Positions 10,890 to 24,382 of a stretch of DNA of 64,000 bases are shown here, piece after piece (position 1 is the first letter of the stretch; every line of letters starts with the position of its first letter). A program made the translations under genes and the position numbers. The notes below the pieces were generated by a model. It was given only the letters and a program-made list of their open reading frames with translations. It made no database searches and was not told the DNA's origin. The DNA is from Octopus sinensis. Its lineage: Eukaryota. The stretch is from contig NC_042998.1 in assembly GCF_006345805.1 (NCBI RefSeq), positions 32,178,001 to 32,242,000 of the forward strand, in the 5' to 3' direction.

Positions 10890-11824
10890 ATAAGCAATGA
10901 TAATAAAGTGGGTTAATTAAGGAACGAAAGTGTATGCTTTAATTACGAACTTTGTCTAGCTATTTTGTTTTTAAATATTGCATACACACAATAGTGTTGT
11001 CACGTATAGTCTAGCTTTAGCAATTTAAAATGATGTGACAAAACAATGTAGCTATACACAGCACAAATGTAGTGATCAGTAGTCAATATGATGAATAAAC
11101 TTAATTATGGATAACAATCACCCCTGATATTTTTTAATAGAAAATAAAAAATATCATAAATTTAAATAATTCAAATCACACATTTTTCTATTATATTCCA
11201 ATTTCTTTATTATTTTTCTATTATATTCTTCCGTTAATGGGCTTTAGTTAATGCTTTATTAATTAACTTCTTGACATGAATTCAAGTTTGTATCGCACTT
11301 ACGATATTTTCAGAGAAATAATAACGTTATGTGCAACAACATAACCATTTTGTTTCAATATGTTAATTTTCTTCTCGTTTATTAAGATACAATTCATGTT
11401 TAAAACCATGAGCGAGACAACATCATTGATATTAACACGCAAAATTATATTAGATAATTATTGTATTAAAATTAAAGTCTGTCTTGGGAAAATACAGTTA
11501 TTTACAGTTATTCTCTAACAGTTTACTAGAAATATAGTTTTGGTAATTCTAAATCAATTCCTTTCCTCACAGCCCACATTTATTAAAGAACATTTCACTA
11601 TTAATTTCAATAACTTTATAACCACATCACCATTACTTACGCATAGGTATGTACAGAATTTTATTTCATTTGTTCTTCATATTTAAATTTAATATTTATA
11701 AGTCACACTAATTCCTAATTATTTCTCATTTGTATTATGTATTCTCCAATACTAATTGTAATGTAACTAATGATATTTTCAGTATTCTTTATTATTATTA
11801 TGTGATGAAAACTCACAGCTTGTA

Positions 11825-11893
<69 letters not shown>

Positions 11894-11911
11894 TGTTGTA
11901 ATTTTTATGAA

Positions 11912-12495
11912 GGCGGCGATCTGGCCGAAACGTTAGCACGCCGGGCGAAATGCTTAGCGGTATCTCGTCTGCCGTTACGTTCTGAGTTCAAATTCCGCCG
12001 AGGTCGACTTTGCCTTCCATCATTTAGTGGTCGATAAATTAAGTAGCAGTTACGCACTGGGGTCGATATAATGGACTTAATCCGTTTGTCTGTCCTTCTT
12101 TGTCCCTTCTGTGTTTAGCCCCTTGTGGGTAGTAAAGAAATAGGTATCTCGTCTGCCGTTAAGTTCTGAGATCAAATTCCGCCGAGGTCGACTTTGCCTT
12201 TCATCCTTTCGGGGTGGATTAAATTAGTACCAGTTACGCACTGGGGTCGATATAATCGACTTAATCCGTTTGTCTATCCTTGTTTGTCCCTTCTGTGTTT
12301 AGACCCTTGAGGGTAGTAAAGAAATAGGTATTTCGCCCGTTGCTACGTTCTGAGTTCAAATTCTGCCGAGGTCGACTTTGTGTTTTATCTTTTCGGGGTC
12401 AATAAAGTAAGTACCAGTGAAACAGTGGGGTCGATGAAATCGATTGACCCCCTTCTCCAAATTTTCAGGCCTCGTACCAATAGTAGAAAGGATTA
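11912..12495 (+). mobile_element. SINE family 1 trimer (A, A, B tails)
   Basis: One head, then units restarting at ggtat(c/t)tcg. (TTA)n tract at 11826-11889 upstream. Confidence 0.88.
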
Positions 12496-12574
12496 TTATT
12501 ATTATTATAGTTATTGTAGCTGTTGCTATTATTATTTGACGAAAACTCTCACCTTATTTTGCCGAGTATGATGG

Positions 12575-12955
12575 AAAAAGTCATCTGTCGTAGTTGTTCA
12601 GTTTTTCTTCTTTCTCTTGTTGTCACCAGGACGTGGTATGTCTATAATCCTGCAAGTTCTTTCCTTTTTATTCACGACAGCTATGTCCGGTTTCCGATGT
12701 CTGGTCTGGTGATCGTACTGAACCATTGCATCCTACAGGATTTTGCAATCTTCATTTTCGGTGACTCCTTCGGGAATTTTCTCATACCTCGTCTTTGCTC
12801 TTTGTAGACCGTGATTTCCACAGAACTCCCAATGGATCGTTCTTGCCACATTACTATGTCGTCTTTTGTGCCAATTTCGGGCATTCGCTAACGATGTGCC
12901 ATACCGTTTCACCTCTTTCAGCTCACATTCTGCATTTTTCACTCTCAGTAGTGTT
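12575..12955 (-). mobile_element. R4/Dong-type non-LTR fragment (Zn-knuckle end + REL endonuclease)
   Basis: HKRRHSNVARTIHWEFC…YEKIPEGVTENEDCKIL*D…RHRKPDIAVVNKKERTCRIIDIP.PGD. Confidence 0.75.
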
Positions 12956-12982
12956 GTCGATTAAGTTCTCTGAAAGTAACTT

Positions 12983-13398
12983 GTTGTGGATGGTAGTAGT
13001 GATTGAATTCTTGAGGCATCCCTTCAGGGCACTTGACCATTAAGCATCCAACTACTATCATGGCACTCCCACATTCTTCTCCTCCTATTTCTTCTTCTCC
13101 TTCTTCTTCTTCTTCTTCTTCTTCTTCTTCTTCTTCTCTTTCTTCTTCCCTGCCAAGGATTCACAACGACCTCGAACCCACAAGAGTAAACAAGAAAGAC
13201 AGAGACAGACAGAAACAAGGAAAATGCCCCTTGTATTTGAATACTATGCAAATATTCTTTTAAAAAACTTTGCTTTTAATTTTTCCAAAATTTAATTGTT
13301 TTCCATACTTACAGTCGAAAAAGTCTCAATGACTGAAACCGGTACTGAGATGTTTTTATATAAAATTATCTTATATTTTCTCCCTTGACTTTTTTTTC

Positions 13399-13400
<2 letters not shown>
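12983..13400 (+). mobile_element. 5'-truncated, 5'-inverted copy of the PLE at 24383-25560, with HHR at 13312-13347
   Basis: 13023-13400 matches the reverse complement of 24817-24420. 12983-13020 matches 24826-24863 in the opposite orientation. HHR cag-TCGAAAA-agtc..gact-GAAA-CCGG-TA-ctg. Confidence 0.85.
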
Positions 13401-13429
<29 letters not shown>

Positions 13430-13452
13430 TATATATATATATATATATATAT

Positions 13453-13790
13453 AAACAATTGCAGCGTGGAAGGTGTTTATAAGCCATTTAAGAAACACAC
13501 AAGCCGTTCGATTCACTTCAACATTTAAGTTTAATTTGTCAAAATATTTTCGTCGCTAAAATCCGCGACCTGTTCACTGACAAAGTCCCTGCAGCACGGA
13601 CTTTGTCAGTGAACAGGTCGCGGATTTTAGCGACGAAAATATTTTGACAAATTAAACTAAATGTTGAAGTGAATCGAACGGCTTTTGTGTGTTTCTTAAA
13701 TGGCTTATAAACACCTTCCACGCTGCAATTGTTTTCGTTTCAGCACACGATCTCAGATCAAATTACTTGCTATGCGAGTACATCTCCGTA
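13453..13790. mobile_element. PLE-type palindromic pLTR (about 140-bp arms, 13453-13734) with an HHR on each strand
   Basis: Centre about 13593. Plus-strand HHR at 13602-13651: tttgtca-GTGAACA-g-gtcgc..gcgac-GAAA-ATAT-TT-tgacaaa. Mirror copy on minus at 13535-13584. Flanked by (TA)n. Confidence 0.85.
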
Positions 13791-14006
13791 ATATATATAT
13801 ATACATACATACATACTACTATTTATGTAAATGTATATATGTCTGTGTGTGTCTCTGTGTGTTGTGAATCTGTGAGTATATAAGTATATGTATGTATACA
13901 TATATATAAATAAATGTATTATATATGTATCATATGCATATATATATATATATAATATATTATATATATATATATATATTATTATATATATATATATATA
14001 ATATAT

Positions 14007-14061
<55 letters not shown>

Positions 14062-14764
14062 TATATTATATATAGTATACAAACATACCTGCACCTGCAT
14101 TCGTGCGTACAGACATTCAAACGTAAACACATATACGTCACTCAATAAAAGGACTATTATAAAGTTAGAAGAGCCTATATTCTTTATAGATTGCTTAACT
14201 GTCTCTTTTGAATCTGTTTATTTGTCGGTTAAAAACTTTCATTACAGTTGTTACATCCTGCTACATAGAAATCTCATTTCAATTTTCTGATATAACATTA
14301 TTACTGCACTGCATAGTAGAACAACAGGTTAGCTATTATTTTATGATCTGAAAATACTTCTATTACAGGCTGACTTCAAAGTTATAATTAAAAATCAATG
14401 ACATTAATTCCTTTCACACAGTTACGAGTCCGTAGATCAAACAGAATTTTAGTAGAAAACATCTTCGTACTTCTTTCAACTATTCCACTGTATAGTCTTA
14501 AGGATCCTTTCGATTTTGAATAAAAACTCTGAAGCTGTAACTATCCTCAGTGTGGTATCTATAGCCAGAACTAGTCAACTGTTACAGTTTCCTGCGCAGT
14601 GACACGGATGCCTATGATAATAGTCTAATCTAAGCCGGCCTGTGATCAAATGCATTTCAACCGTGTCTATCCCGTCCTTTTAAACATAGTGGACTGCGTT
14701 GCACAGTTTGTTCGACTTCGAGTTGTTACTGCTGTTGTGGCTGTCGTTTCAATACTGTTAACCT

Positions 14765-15170
14765 GCACGCCGGGCGAAATAGTGTGTGGTATTTCGTCTG
14801 TCTTTACGTTCTGAGTTCAAATTCCGCCGAGGTCGACTTTGCCTTTCATCTTTTTGGGGTCGATAAATTAAGTACCAGTTACACACTGGGTCGATGTGAT
14901 CGACTTAATCCCTTTGTCCTTGTTTGTCCCCTCTACATTTAGCCCCTTGTGGGTAGTAAAGAAATAAGAAACGTTAGCACGTCGGGCGAAATGTTTAGCA
15001 GTATTTCATCTGTCTTCGTGCTCTGAGTTCAAATTCCGCCGGGGTCGACTTTGCCTTTTATCCTTTCGGGGTCGATAAATTTAAGTGCCAGTTGCGTACT
15101 GGGGTCGATCTAATCGACTGGACCCCTGTCCCAAAATTTGGGGTCTTGTGCCTAGAGTAGAAAGAATATT
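14765..15170 (+). mobile_element. SINE family 1 dimer
   Basis: Tail A unit joined at aaagaaata|agaaacgttagc to a tail B unit. Confidence 0.85.
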
Positions 15171-15533
15171 GTTAGCCTGTAGATGTTGAGTGTGAAAGCT
15201 AGTTTCAACTTCAATTTACCTCCTACATTTTTGTCTCGCTGACAGACCGGAAAAAACATTATTTTTCAGCGACAAAACTGGCAAGACCATAAGCTGTCTC
15301 AAATGTTTTTGTTTTGCTTTAAAAGAAAGTTCTTTCGTTCGGAGTTTCTGCCCCATGGGTGGGGGGGGGGGTAACAAAAAGGGACGACCAGATACATTAC
15401 CAGTCTAATCAATAAGAAAATAAGACAACGAAGTCAGCAAATATCACCTTCTAAGAAGGAAAATAAGACACAAACTTACGGAGGATCCAAAACACTTTTA
15501 GCATGGCTGATGAACAATAGCAATAAAAATACG

Positions 15534-15575
<42 letters not shown>

Positions 15576-15632
15576 TCTAAGTGTGCGAAAAAAGTGTATT
15601 CCATTATTTTCCGTTAATACGTTTATCATTGA

Positions 15633-15930
15633 CTATCAGTATCGCCCGGCGTTGCTCGGGTTTGTAAGGGAAATAACTATATAAGCATTTTTAGAGAGTT
15701 ATAGCCAAAAAATAGCAAAAAAAATGCATTAAAAATGGAAAACAAATGATGGTAAGTTTTTTTTTAAATCGTAGACTCATCGTATACGCGCGCTAATACC
15801 CAGAAGGGCTCGATATGAATCACGACTATAAGATATCCGGTTTTGGTTAGACTGCACCGCAAAATGTGGGAGTAGTTAGGAATCTAAATCGTAGGAGACA
15901 GACACACAACTTCACTTTTATATATAAAGA
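15633..15930 (-). mobile_element. Non-autonomous Helitron
   Basis: Minus: A|TCTTTATATATAAAA … hairpin cccgagcaacgccggg … ATAG|T (degenerate CTAG). Sister copy at 41847-42235. Confidence 0.8.
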
Positions 15931-17029
15931 TATCAGTTCAGAGCGAACACCGTATCACGTCTTCTGAAACTGCGCACGCACCAAGCGCCCAGATGTAAAA
16001 TGAAACGCATCTTACTATTTCATTTGTTGACTATTACATAATTTCAGAAACTTGTGTTTACAATTTCTATCAAGTCGTGTTAACACATCGTGGTTGTCCT
16101 CTTTGACTTTGATATTTCCATTTCGATGTTGCGGTTAGTTTTCCTTTCAGTTTAATTTTGCCCCCGGCGAAACGCGTTTGTTCGTCTCAATCTTATGCTA
16201 TCTTTTCTTATCAACAATGCATCCAACAGTCCTGACAGGGTTACTGACACTTCGATCATAAATAACTCTTAGCGCACCTCCTGCCCAACTTTCAACTGTG
16301 ACGTTGTATAGATTTAATATTCTAAAGTAAAACTACTCAAATCAATATATTAAAATTGACTTGTCTGTAAAATTACGTCTGCTTGTTTAGGCGGACAAGG
16401 ATGCAGAACTATATACATACAAACATACATAAACACGTACATATACAAACATACACATGCACACACACATCATACATACACACGTATACTGATTTTTTTT
16501 TTCCCCGGGAAATACCATAATGCTTTCATGTTTTCACTTTTGATTACCTCTTTTCGAAAACAAAACAGCAAAATACCGAATTATGTCGGACAACTTCAAA
16601 AATTAATTTAACTAATAAAACTTTAGGCTATATGATCTTTCCTGCGGATGCGAAAATATTGACATGAGACTATATTTGCCAGAGGCAACAGCTACACATC
16701 TGGAGGTAGGGTTCAGTCGATCAAATTATTATTTCTAAACTCAATTTTCAGTAATAGTGAAGTTAGTAAATAAATCGTGGAGGAACAAGAATTGAAAGTA
16801 TATAGCATCTTATGTGTGCCTTGTTGAGCATGCGCATTATGAAATGGAGAGATATTCCTCCTGTGGGATCATCGAGTCCGTTTTATTTTTTTTATGTATT
16901 ACTCTTAGAATAACTTTAGATATGTATACACGTTTAAGTGAAAAATTCGTAGCGAAATTGCAAATAGCTTGGTAAGCTAGCAAACAATTGCTGCAGACAG
17001 ATACTGAGGAAAAATATAAAGCAATTGCT

Positions 17030-17830
17030 AGTTAACACAGGATGTTCATTGTAATTTGTTTCTTCTTTTATTTTCCATTGAGTAATATTCTTAATACAAA
17101 TATAATTTTGCCCTTGGAATTCTTTTCCCCTCATTTGTACAGGCTGTGTAATATAACCTTCAAATATTTACAAGTACTTCAGCGAATTTACACGTGTATT
17201 CTAGGTGTGGCCCTAGTTTACAATCTCTTGTATATCTAAAACGATGCTTATTTTAAAACTATTTTGAATATAATTTTAATACAGGATGAGTTTTCTTGGT
17301 GATCTCTGCGGTTCGGTTGGATTTGCGGACAGATTTCTCAAAGTTTCTCAATATCCCTCTGTTTCTATTTTTGATATAGTGAGATTTTTAACTGTACCTG
17401 ATTAATTTCATTTTCTATAGAATGTTCTTGGGATTCCTCTCGAATTGTCTTGTTTTTTATAATATTGTCTAAGCTTCTTAGGTTATTAAATATATTGTAT
17501 CCTTGCTAAGATATCTTTGTCGCAAAACAATATGTAAGAGATATAACATCAAAGGAAAATATGATATCACATATGTATGTTCCCTCATTCATATAATTGA
17601 ATTTTCTTTCTCTATTCCACTCACTACTAATATTCTTATGTGTATCTATCGATCTACCTTCTTTTCAGTTGTTTCTTCTGTGTCACTGTAATAGATAAGT
17701 GATCGTATTTACTTTGAGACTGTGATACCAGCATTTTTCTCTCTTTTTAAAATATCTTGGTGTTGCGTATTGTAACCGAGAGGGTTACTTTGCATGTTCT
17801 GGTTTGTGGTAGATCTTCTCTGTTTCAATA
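17030..17830 (-). mobile_element. Highly decayed PLE RT-thumb/linker remnant
   Basis: Minus IYHKP…YNTQH…SQ..IRSLI pattern (YRKPT…S.HP…SQ..R..I) and a Cys-rich linker. Many stops. Confidence 0.4.
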
Positions 17831-18494
17831 AAAATAGTCTCAGATGTTAGCAGTTTTCCCACCAGCTCACCTGTCATTATTTTTATGTTCTTTCAAACAA
17901 TATTATTAACGATAACTAGATGATCTCAAGCTACTTAGATTTAAATGTGACAGTCAGCAGTGCGTCGAGAGGTTTCTGAATTCAGGCACAGATGGGTTTA
18001 CACCTGAGAAGTCCTTAGTGCCGAGATTGATGCTAATTTCAGTTAAATGATATGATGTTGATGTTTGTTAGTTTAAAATAATCTGTGCAATTATTTTCTG
18101 TGTTACCTTGATCAGAACTCCCAAAAGAGAATTGCAGTGATTTGAACAGCGTTGCAGGGTTACACTAATATTTTTCATTATTAATTTAACATTTAAGATA
18201 GCAACTTCTGTTTTTCCTTACCCTTCTTATAATTCTTCTTTCCCTGCTGAACTTCTTGACCATAAACCTTTTCCACATATATCTACGTTACGCATCCAGT
18301 TGTTATTTATGGAGCAGCCAATCTAAACAATTTGCTAAAATGTTAAATGTTTTTGTCTATTTCTCATTTCCTGGGGCTGAAAAATACCTTTAGACCCTTC
18401 TTTCCCAGTGAGACTTGATCAACAAGATTTCAAAATGACAAATAAATTGACTAAATACATCTAGAAATCACACGTCTCTAGGTTTTAAAGGCTA

Positions 18495-20022
18495 CACAGG
18501 GAAACAAATTTGAACAATACTCAATTAAGAAACTCAGAAAACCAAATGGTACATTTTATTGTTTAACAAATACATTACACAATATATTTAATTACACATC
18601 TTAGAATATATATTTCGGTCAAATTGAGGTTTCAGTTACTCAGGGAGTGAACTTTCTCTTTGCTGGTCTGCATGAATAATTTGCATTACGAGAGTCTCTT
18701 TGCAGAAAACAGTAGAAGCTAGCCATCTTGTTTGTATTCCACTTGCCTTGAAACCTAACCTCGATGGTGTCGATGTCTTGGTAGAATTTTTCTTATTGCA
18801 CATTATTTATTGCTCTATGATTTTCTGGGAAGACGACCAGACGACTGTGTATAAAATGCACTTTTACATTCATGTTGCAGTCCAATGTTCGGAAATTGGT
18901 TAACAAGGTCTGCAAAAGTTCTTTATAATTTGATGACTTTTCATTTCCCAGGAAATCAAACACAATTGCAGCAAAAGCTTTCCATGCTTCCTTTTCCTCT
19001 CCAGACACTGTCTTCAAAAACTGCTCGTCCTGCAATAGTCACCTAATACATGGCCTGTCAAATACACAAGCTTTAATTTTCTCAAAATACGAAGCTGGAA
19101 ACAATCTGCTCAAGTATTTGAAGCAATCGCTGTCTGTGTTTCAATACACGTTTTACACACTCTATGGGGTATCCAGGGTTTGTCTTGATAATCCAGTTTC
19201 ATGCCAAAGTGAGTGAGGTAAGCTTTCTTCACAAAATCTGTGATTTTGTTTCGCTGCCAAGCTAAAATCTCACAAATATAGAAGAAAACATTGAGGCTGA
19301 TTTTGCTTTTTGTTCTGTCACAACTGGCCATATTTCTCAAATACAAAACACATTCAAGTTAGTTGTCACCTGGGAAAAGCCTTTTCAGAATTGTCAAGTT
19401 ATAAAGTAAGCAAATGCAGACTTGAAATGGCAAAGTTCCATAAAAAGTATACATGTCATGAAGTCTTTACTAAAATTCTTTGACTATGTTTGACAAAAAG
19501 TGACCTTAACCCATGTGACCCACAATGAAAACATTAAGGGCACATTCAAAATAATAATTTGCGAAGAAATATTTAAAGGTCCAACAAAACGTGTCTCACA
19601 ATGTGAGCATATCTGCAGAAAAATCCCCAAACTATGAGACACAGAAACGTGTTGTTTATTAACACATAATTGTGTAAAGAAACTTTCTGTCTTCATCATG
19701 ACATTGAAAACTGATCAGATTGAAAAGGGTGGAAATGGCTCAAGTTTGATGCTTTTTGTTTACTGAAGATGATATTCGTTTTCACTTTTGTCGTCGCATT
19801 TACTTTAAATGATATTGAAAATCTGTGTTTTCAAGCTTATGTAAAGCTCCATGCTTTCGTCTGCATTTGAGGAAACCAAATCTATCCTTTAAAATGGTGA
19901 AAATGCCGAAAACGTTGAAAACTGAACATTCGACTTTGTGAAAAATGGATTTCATTTTTGAAATCAATATTACTGGGAAAGATGTCCCCAAAATCAGACA
20001 TCAAAAGCCATGTTCCCCAATG
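18495..20022 (-). mobile_element. Chapaev3-type (CMC) DNA transposon remnant
   Basis: N-term VFFYICE…ITDFVKKAYLTHFGMKLDYQDKPWIPHRVCKTC. C-term EKEAWKAF..IV..FLGNEKSSNY..L…CNMNVKVHFIHS.L..FPEN…FYQDI. Candidate termini cacagggaaacaa (18495) and gttccccaatg (20022). Confidence 0.8.
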
Positions 20023-20502
20023 TTATATAACGAGAAATTTATTCCTTGTTATGAGAAAGATAACACGACAATGAGAGATCCTCTATACGGTCAGTTAAGT
20101 AGCAACCAATTCACTCTCAAATCACACCTAACCATATTCCACTATAACAAGGAGATTGGACAACGAGGCCCTTGATCCACTATATCTGAAATCACTAATG
20201 GCTTGCCTTTAATCATTAGCCTGTTTGATTAAGTTAATCTACGACTAGATGATAAAACTTGGAAGAAACTTGCTTCCAGAGGGGGAAACCAATGCCTGAC
20301 TGTCTAGTCCGTTACCAATCAGAAGATCAGAGATCATTATGTAAAATTTTATTATAAGATATCTTTTAGCGAAGCCCATCTTTCTAATTACATCATTATC
20401 CCTTATTAATAAATCGCTGAGTGTGCAGCCGTAAGGGAAAATATACAGCGTGAAGGAAAAGATGAATCCAACATAATACTTTCTACCAGGGAAAATATAA
20501 TG

Positions 20503-20504
<2 letters not shown>

Positions 20505-20564
<60 letters not shown>

Positions 20565-20593
20565 CACACACACACACACACAACACACACATA

Positions 20594-20624
<31 letters not shown>

Positions 20625-20625
20625 C
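20505..20625. repeat. (CA)n microsatellite
   Basis: Direct reading. Confidence 0.97.
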
Positions 20626-21889
20626 GGATACAAGTGTATAAAAGCAAGGTTTGAACAAATGAAATATAAGCTACAGCAAAAATACAAAATCTTATTAAAT
20701 TCATAGAATATAAATATAAGAGAGCGAGTTAAACAGTTTAAAGCATCTTTAACAAGTTGAGATGATAGACTTTTCATCTTAATTCCCTTAGATAGAGGAT
20801 TCTTTATTATCACATAGAAATCGTATTAGAATGGATTTCGTAGTTGTGGGATGAAGCTAAAATCAGGTTAGCTATTGTTCAGAACGGTTGAACTAACATT
20901 GATCCCGGTGAGGAAAATGTTAGATGTAGATCAAATATTACTTGACATCAAATAAAGGAAAATTCCAATAAAAATAACATTAGCATAACAGCTTATTATA
21001 TATTACCATTGGAATATGGAAGTTGGGAAGTATGTGAAGATTACGGAATATATGTGAAAAGAAAAAGAAAATAGAATCAACAATTATATTTACATATATA
21101 GATTACATACATAGATTACAGACATACATATATGCATTTATATATGTATGTATATGTTTGCGCGTGTATGTATTACGAATGTATTTTTACGTGTGTGTGT
21201 CTGTATGCATCTATATGAGTGTGTATGTGTGTATGTGCGTGTGTTTATAATACTCTAAATCTAAGAGTTTACGATATTTTCTTAAGAATGTTAAACAGGA
21301 TTAAGGACAAGAATGCACGTAATAGTATTACGTAAGTTATCAGGTGAGATATAATTTTAACTTCAAAATAGAATTAACAAGATTGTGGTAGAAACGGATA
21401 CAATAAAGCAAGAATAAAAATCAATAACTGAGAGAGAGATATGAATAGATTACAATAGATACTGAAGGACACACAGATATATTAAAATATGCATATCACG
21501 CTAAAACACATGTGGATAAGAAGTTTGTATCACGAATTTGTGGTTTTCGGTTCAATCCCAAATTATGTCAGATTGTGTTATACTTTGAGGTGAATCAAAG
21601 CATTGTGAGTAATAATTTGGAGAGAGAAACAGAGCAGAAAAACGGCAGAGGAACGATTCTTATATTGTGCTACATTTTTTCATGTGAGGGTTGGATTGAA
21701 CTGGATTGGACTGGATTGCCTAAGTTAAGTCTACTGCAGGGCGAAGGCCTCGGTATTTTCTCTCCATCAACCACAGTCTGGTGTGAATTTGGACATGAGA
21801 TCTTATTGATTTGATAATCCAGCCTACCACATTGGGTTGACATGGAGCAGTTGTTGTACTCTTATCCAGGAATAGTGAAGCCGAATACA

Positions 21890-22405
21890 TCGATCCCCAG
21901 TGCAGAACTGGTACTCATTTTACAGATCCCGAAAGGATAAAAGGCAAAGTCGCCTTCGGTGGAATTCGAGCTCAGAACGTATGAGATACCTATTTCTTTA
22001 CTACCCACAAGGGGCTAAACACAGAGAGAACAAACAAGGACAGACAAACGGATTAAGTCGATTATATCGACCCCAGTGCGTAACTGGTACTTATTTAATC
22101 GACTCCGGAAGGATGAAAGGCAAAGTCGACCTCGGTGGAATTTGAACTCAGAACGTATGAGATACCTATTTCTTTACTACCCACAAGGGGCTAAACACAG
22201 AGAGAACAAACAAGGACAGACAAACGGATTAAGTCGATTATATCGACCCCAGTGCGTAACTGGTACTTATTTAATCGACTCCGGAAGGATGAAAGGCAAA
22301 GTCGACCTCGGTGGAATTTGAACTCAGAACGTGGCGGCAGACGAAAGAACGTATGAAATACCGTTAGGAATTTCGCCCAGATGCTAACGATTCTACCAGC
22401 TTGCT
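21890..22405 (-). mobile_element. SINE family 1 multimer with two essentially identical 176-bp units
   Basis: Period 176, also visible as duplicated ORFs at 21900 and 22076. Confidence 0.88.
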
Positions 22406-23188
22406 GTGAAATTTCAACATTTACTAGCATCAACGGGGTATTTTAAGAAAACTAATTCAAATTATAATAAATTAATGTACATTATTTCATATCATGATTA
22501 TAATTATAATTATGTTTATTATGAAAATTCATTAAAATATCTCTTATGGAATTTTATGTCAAAAATTGATGATGGAAGCAATATTCTGCTAAATTATTTA
22601 AATGTTGAATACCGTGAAGCGTTATTTCATTTCTCAGAAGTTTTTGAACCACTTCGGTAAAAATAATATGGTAAAAATAAATTAAATTTGCCACATCTAA
22701 CAGGGAATTCCAAAAGCGTAAAATAGCTACAATTGCTTAATCATAGAAAAAAATGCAATTATTTAGATCTTACAACAGGAGTATTATAAACCGTAAAAAA
22801 ACGGAAATAAAAAAATAAGTAAAATTATTGAAATGAAAAAGAGGTTCACTAAAAGAGTATAAAAATATTTTACTAAAATTTACTAATTCTTGAATATTAA
22901 CATGTCATTTCAAAACTATTACTCTCAGTTACGTAACTGGAAAAATAAAATGCTTTCTCCGGAAAGCAGTTTGACAATCAGCCTCTATTCCATTAACTTA
23001 AACTTCAGCTACACCATTTTAGCATCAATTTTACCCAGATGCATAGGTGGGTGGGTTGCACTATTTCAGTCTCTGGAGGTGAAATATTTCTGAAGATTAT
23101 TTTATTTTATGACAGCAATAATTATGATGAAGATGTTTAAATTCAACGAAGCTATTACATTCGTATTCATTATAGTCCATTTTCTGAA

Positions 23189-23419
23189 GGCGGCGAGCTG
23201 GCAGAATCGTTAGCACGCCGGGCGAAATGCGTAGCAGTATTTCGTCTGTCGTTACGTTCCGACTTCAAATTCTGCCGAGGTCGACTTTGCGTTTCATCCT
23301 TTCGGGGTCGATAAATTAAGTACCAGTTACACACTGGGGTCGATGTAATCGACTTAATTCCTTTGTCTGCCTTTGTTTGTCCCCTCTGTATTTAGCCCCT
23401 TATGGGCAGTAAAGAAATA
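23189..23419 (+). mobile_element. SINE family 1 monomer with 15-bp TSD
   Basis: TATAGTCCATTTTCT at 23171-23185 and 23420-23434. Confidence 0.92.
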
Positions 23420-23799
23420 TATAGTCCATTTTCTTTCAGCATTTGTGAAATGTTTACTTCTATGCTTTGTAATGACTAATTTCACTGCTTGACACCTTTA
23501 GCTCAAAAGTCTTTCGGTCCCCATTTACTTCTCTGATCCCAAAGTTCGATAAAACAACTAACAGTTATGTACCGATGGCGAGTCTGATATTTCCTAATGC
23601 CGAATTAAAATAATCAGCTTTTGTTTTGAAAAGTAGTGTACGAAAGTATTCTCTAGATTATAACTGCGATATTTGAACATTTACCAACATAAATTTTATA
23701 TTATGCTCAAGGCTGGCACTTACCAAATTTCTGTAGATAAAAACTGAGTATATGCCATGGAAATAATAAATATTGTATTCCTAATATAAAATAATGCAA

Positions 23800-24382
23800 T
23801 ATATATGTGCATAAATGCATACATATGTGTGTGTGTGTATACGTGTATATATATATGTGTGTGTGTATACGTGTATATATATATGTGTGTGTATACGTGT
23901 ATATATATATGTGTGTGTGTAAATATATATATATATTATAAAGTATATATATTATATGGTATATTTAATATACATATATATAAATATACATATTATATGG
24001 TATATATAATATATACATACATACAAATATATACATGCATACGTTTATAAATATACATACATATATATACATGAATACATATATATATATACATATATAC
24101 ATGCATACATATATATATATACATACATATATACATATATATATACATACATACATATATACATATATATATACATACATACATATATATATATATGTAT
24201 ATACATATAAATATGTATATATATTTATATATATATACATATATATGTATAAATATATATACATATTTATATGTATATGTATATACATATATTTATATGT
24301 GTGTATATATGTTTATGTATGTATGTATGTATGTATGTATGTATGTATGTATGTATGTATGTATGTATGTATGTATGTATGT
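23800..24382. repeat. Mixed (TA)/(TG)/(TATG)n microsatellite
   Basis: Direct reading. Confidence 0.95.

Noticed and set aside
16100-16310. Possible pogo N-terminal remnant
   Set aside because: Similarity too weak to call by eye.
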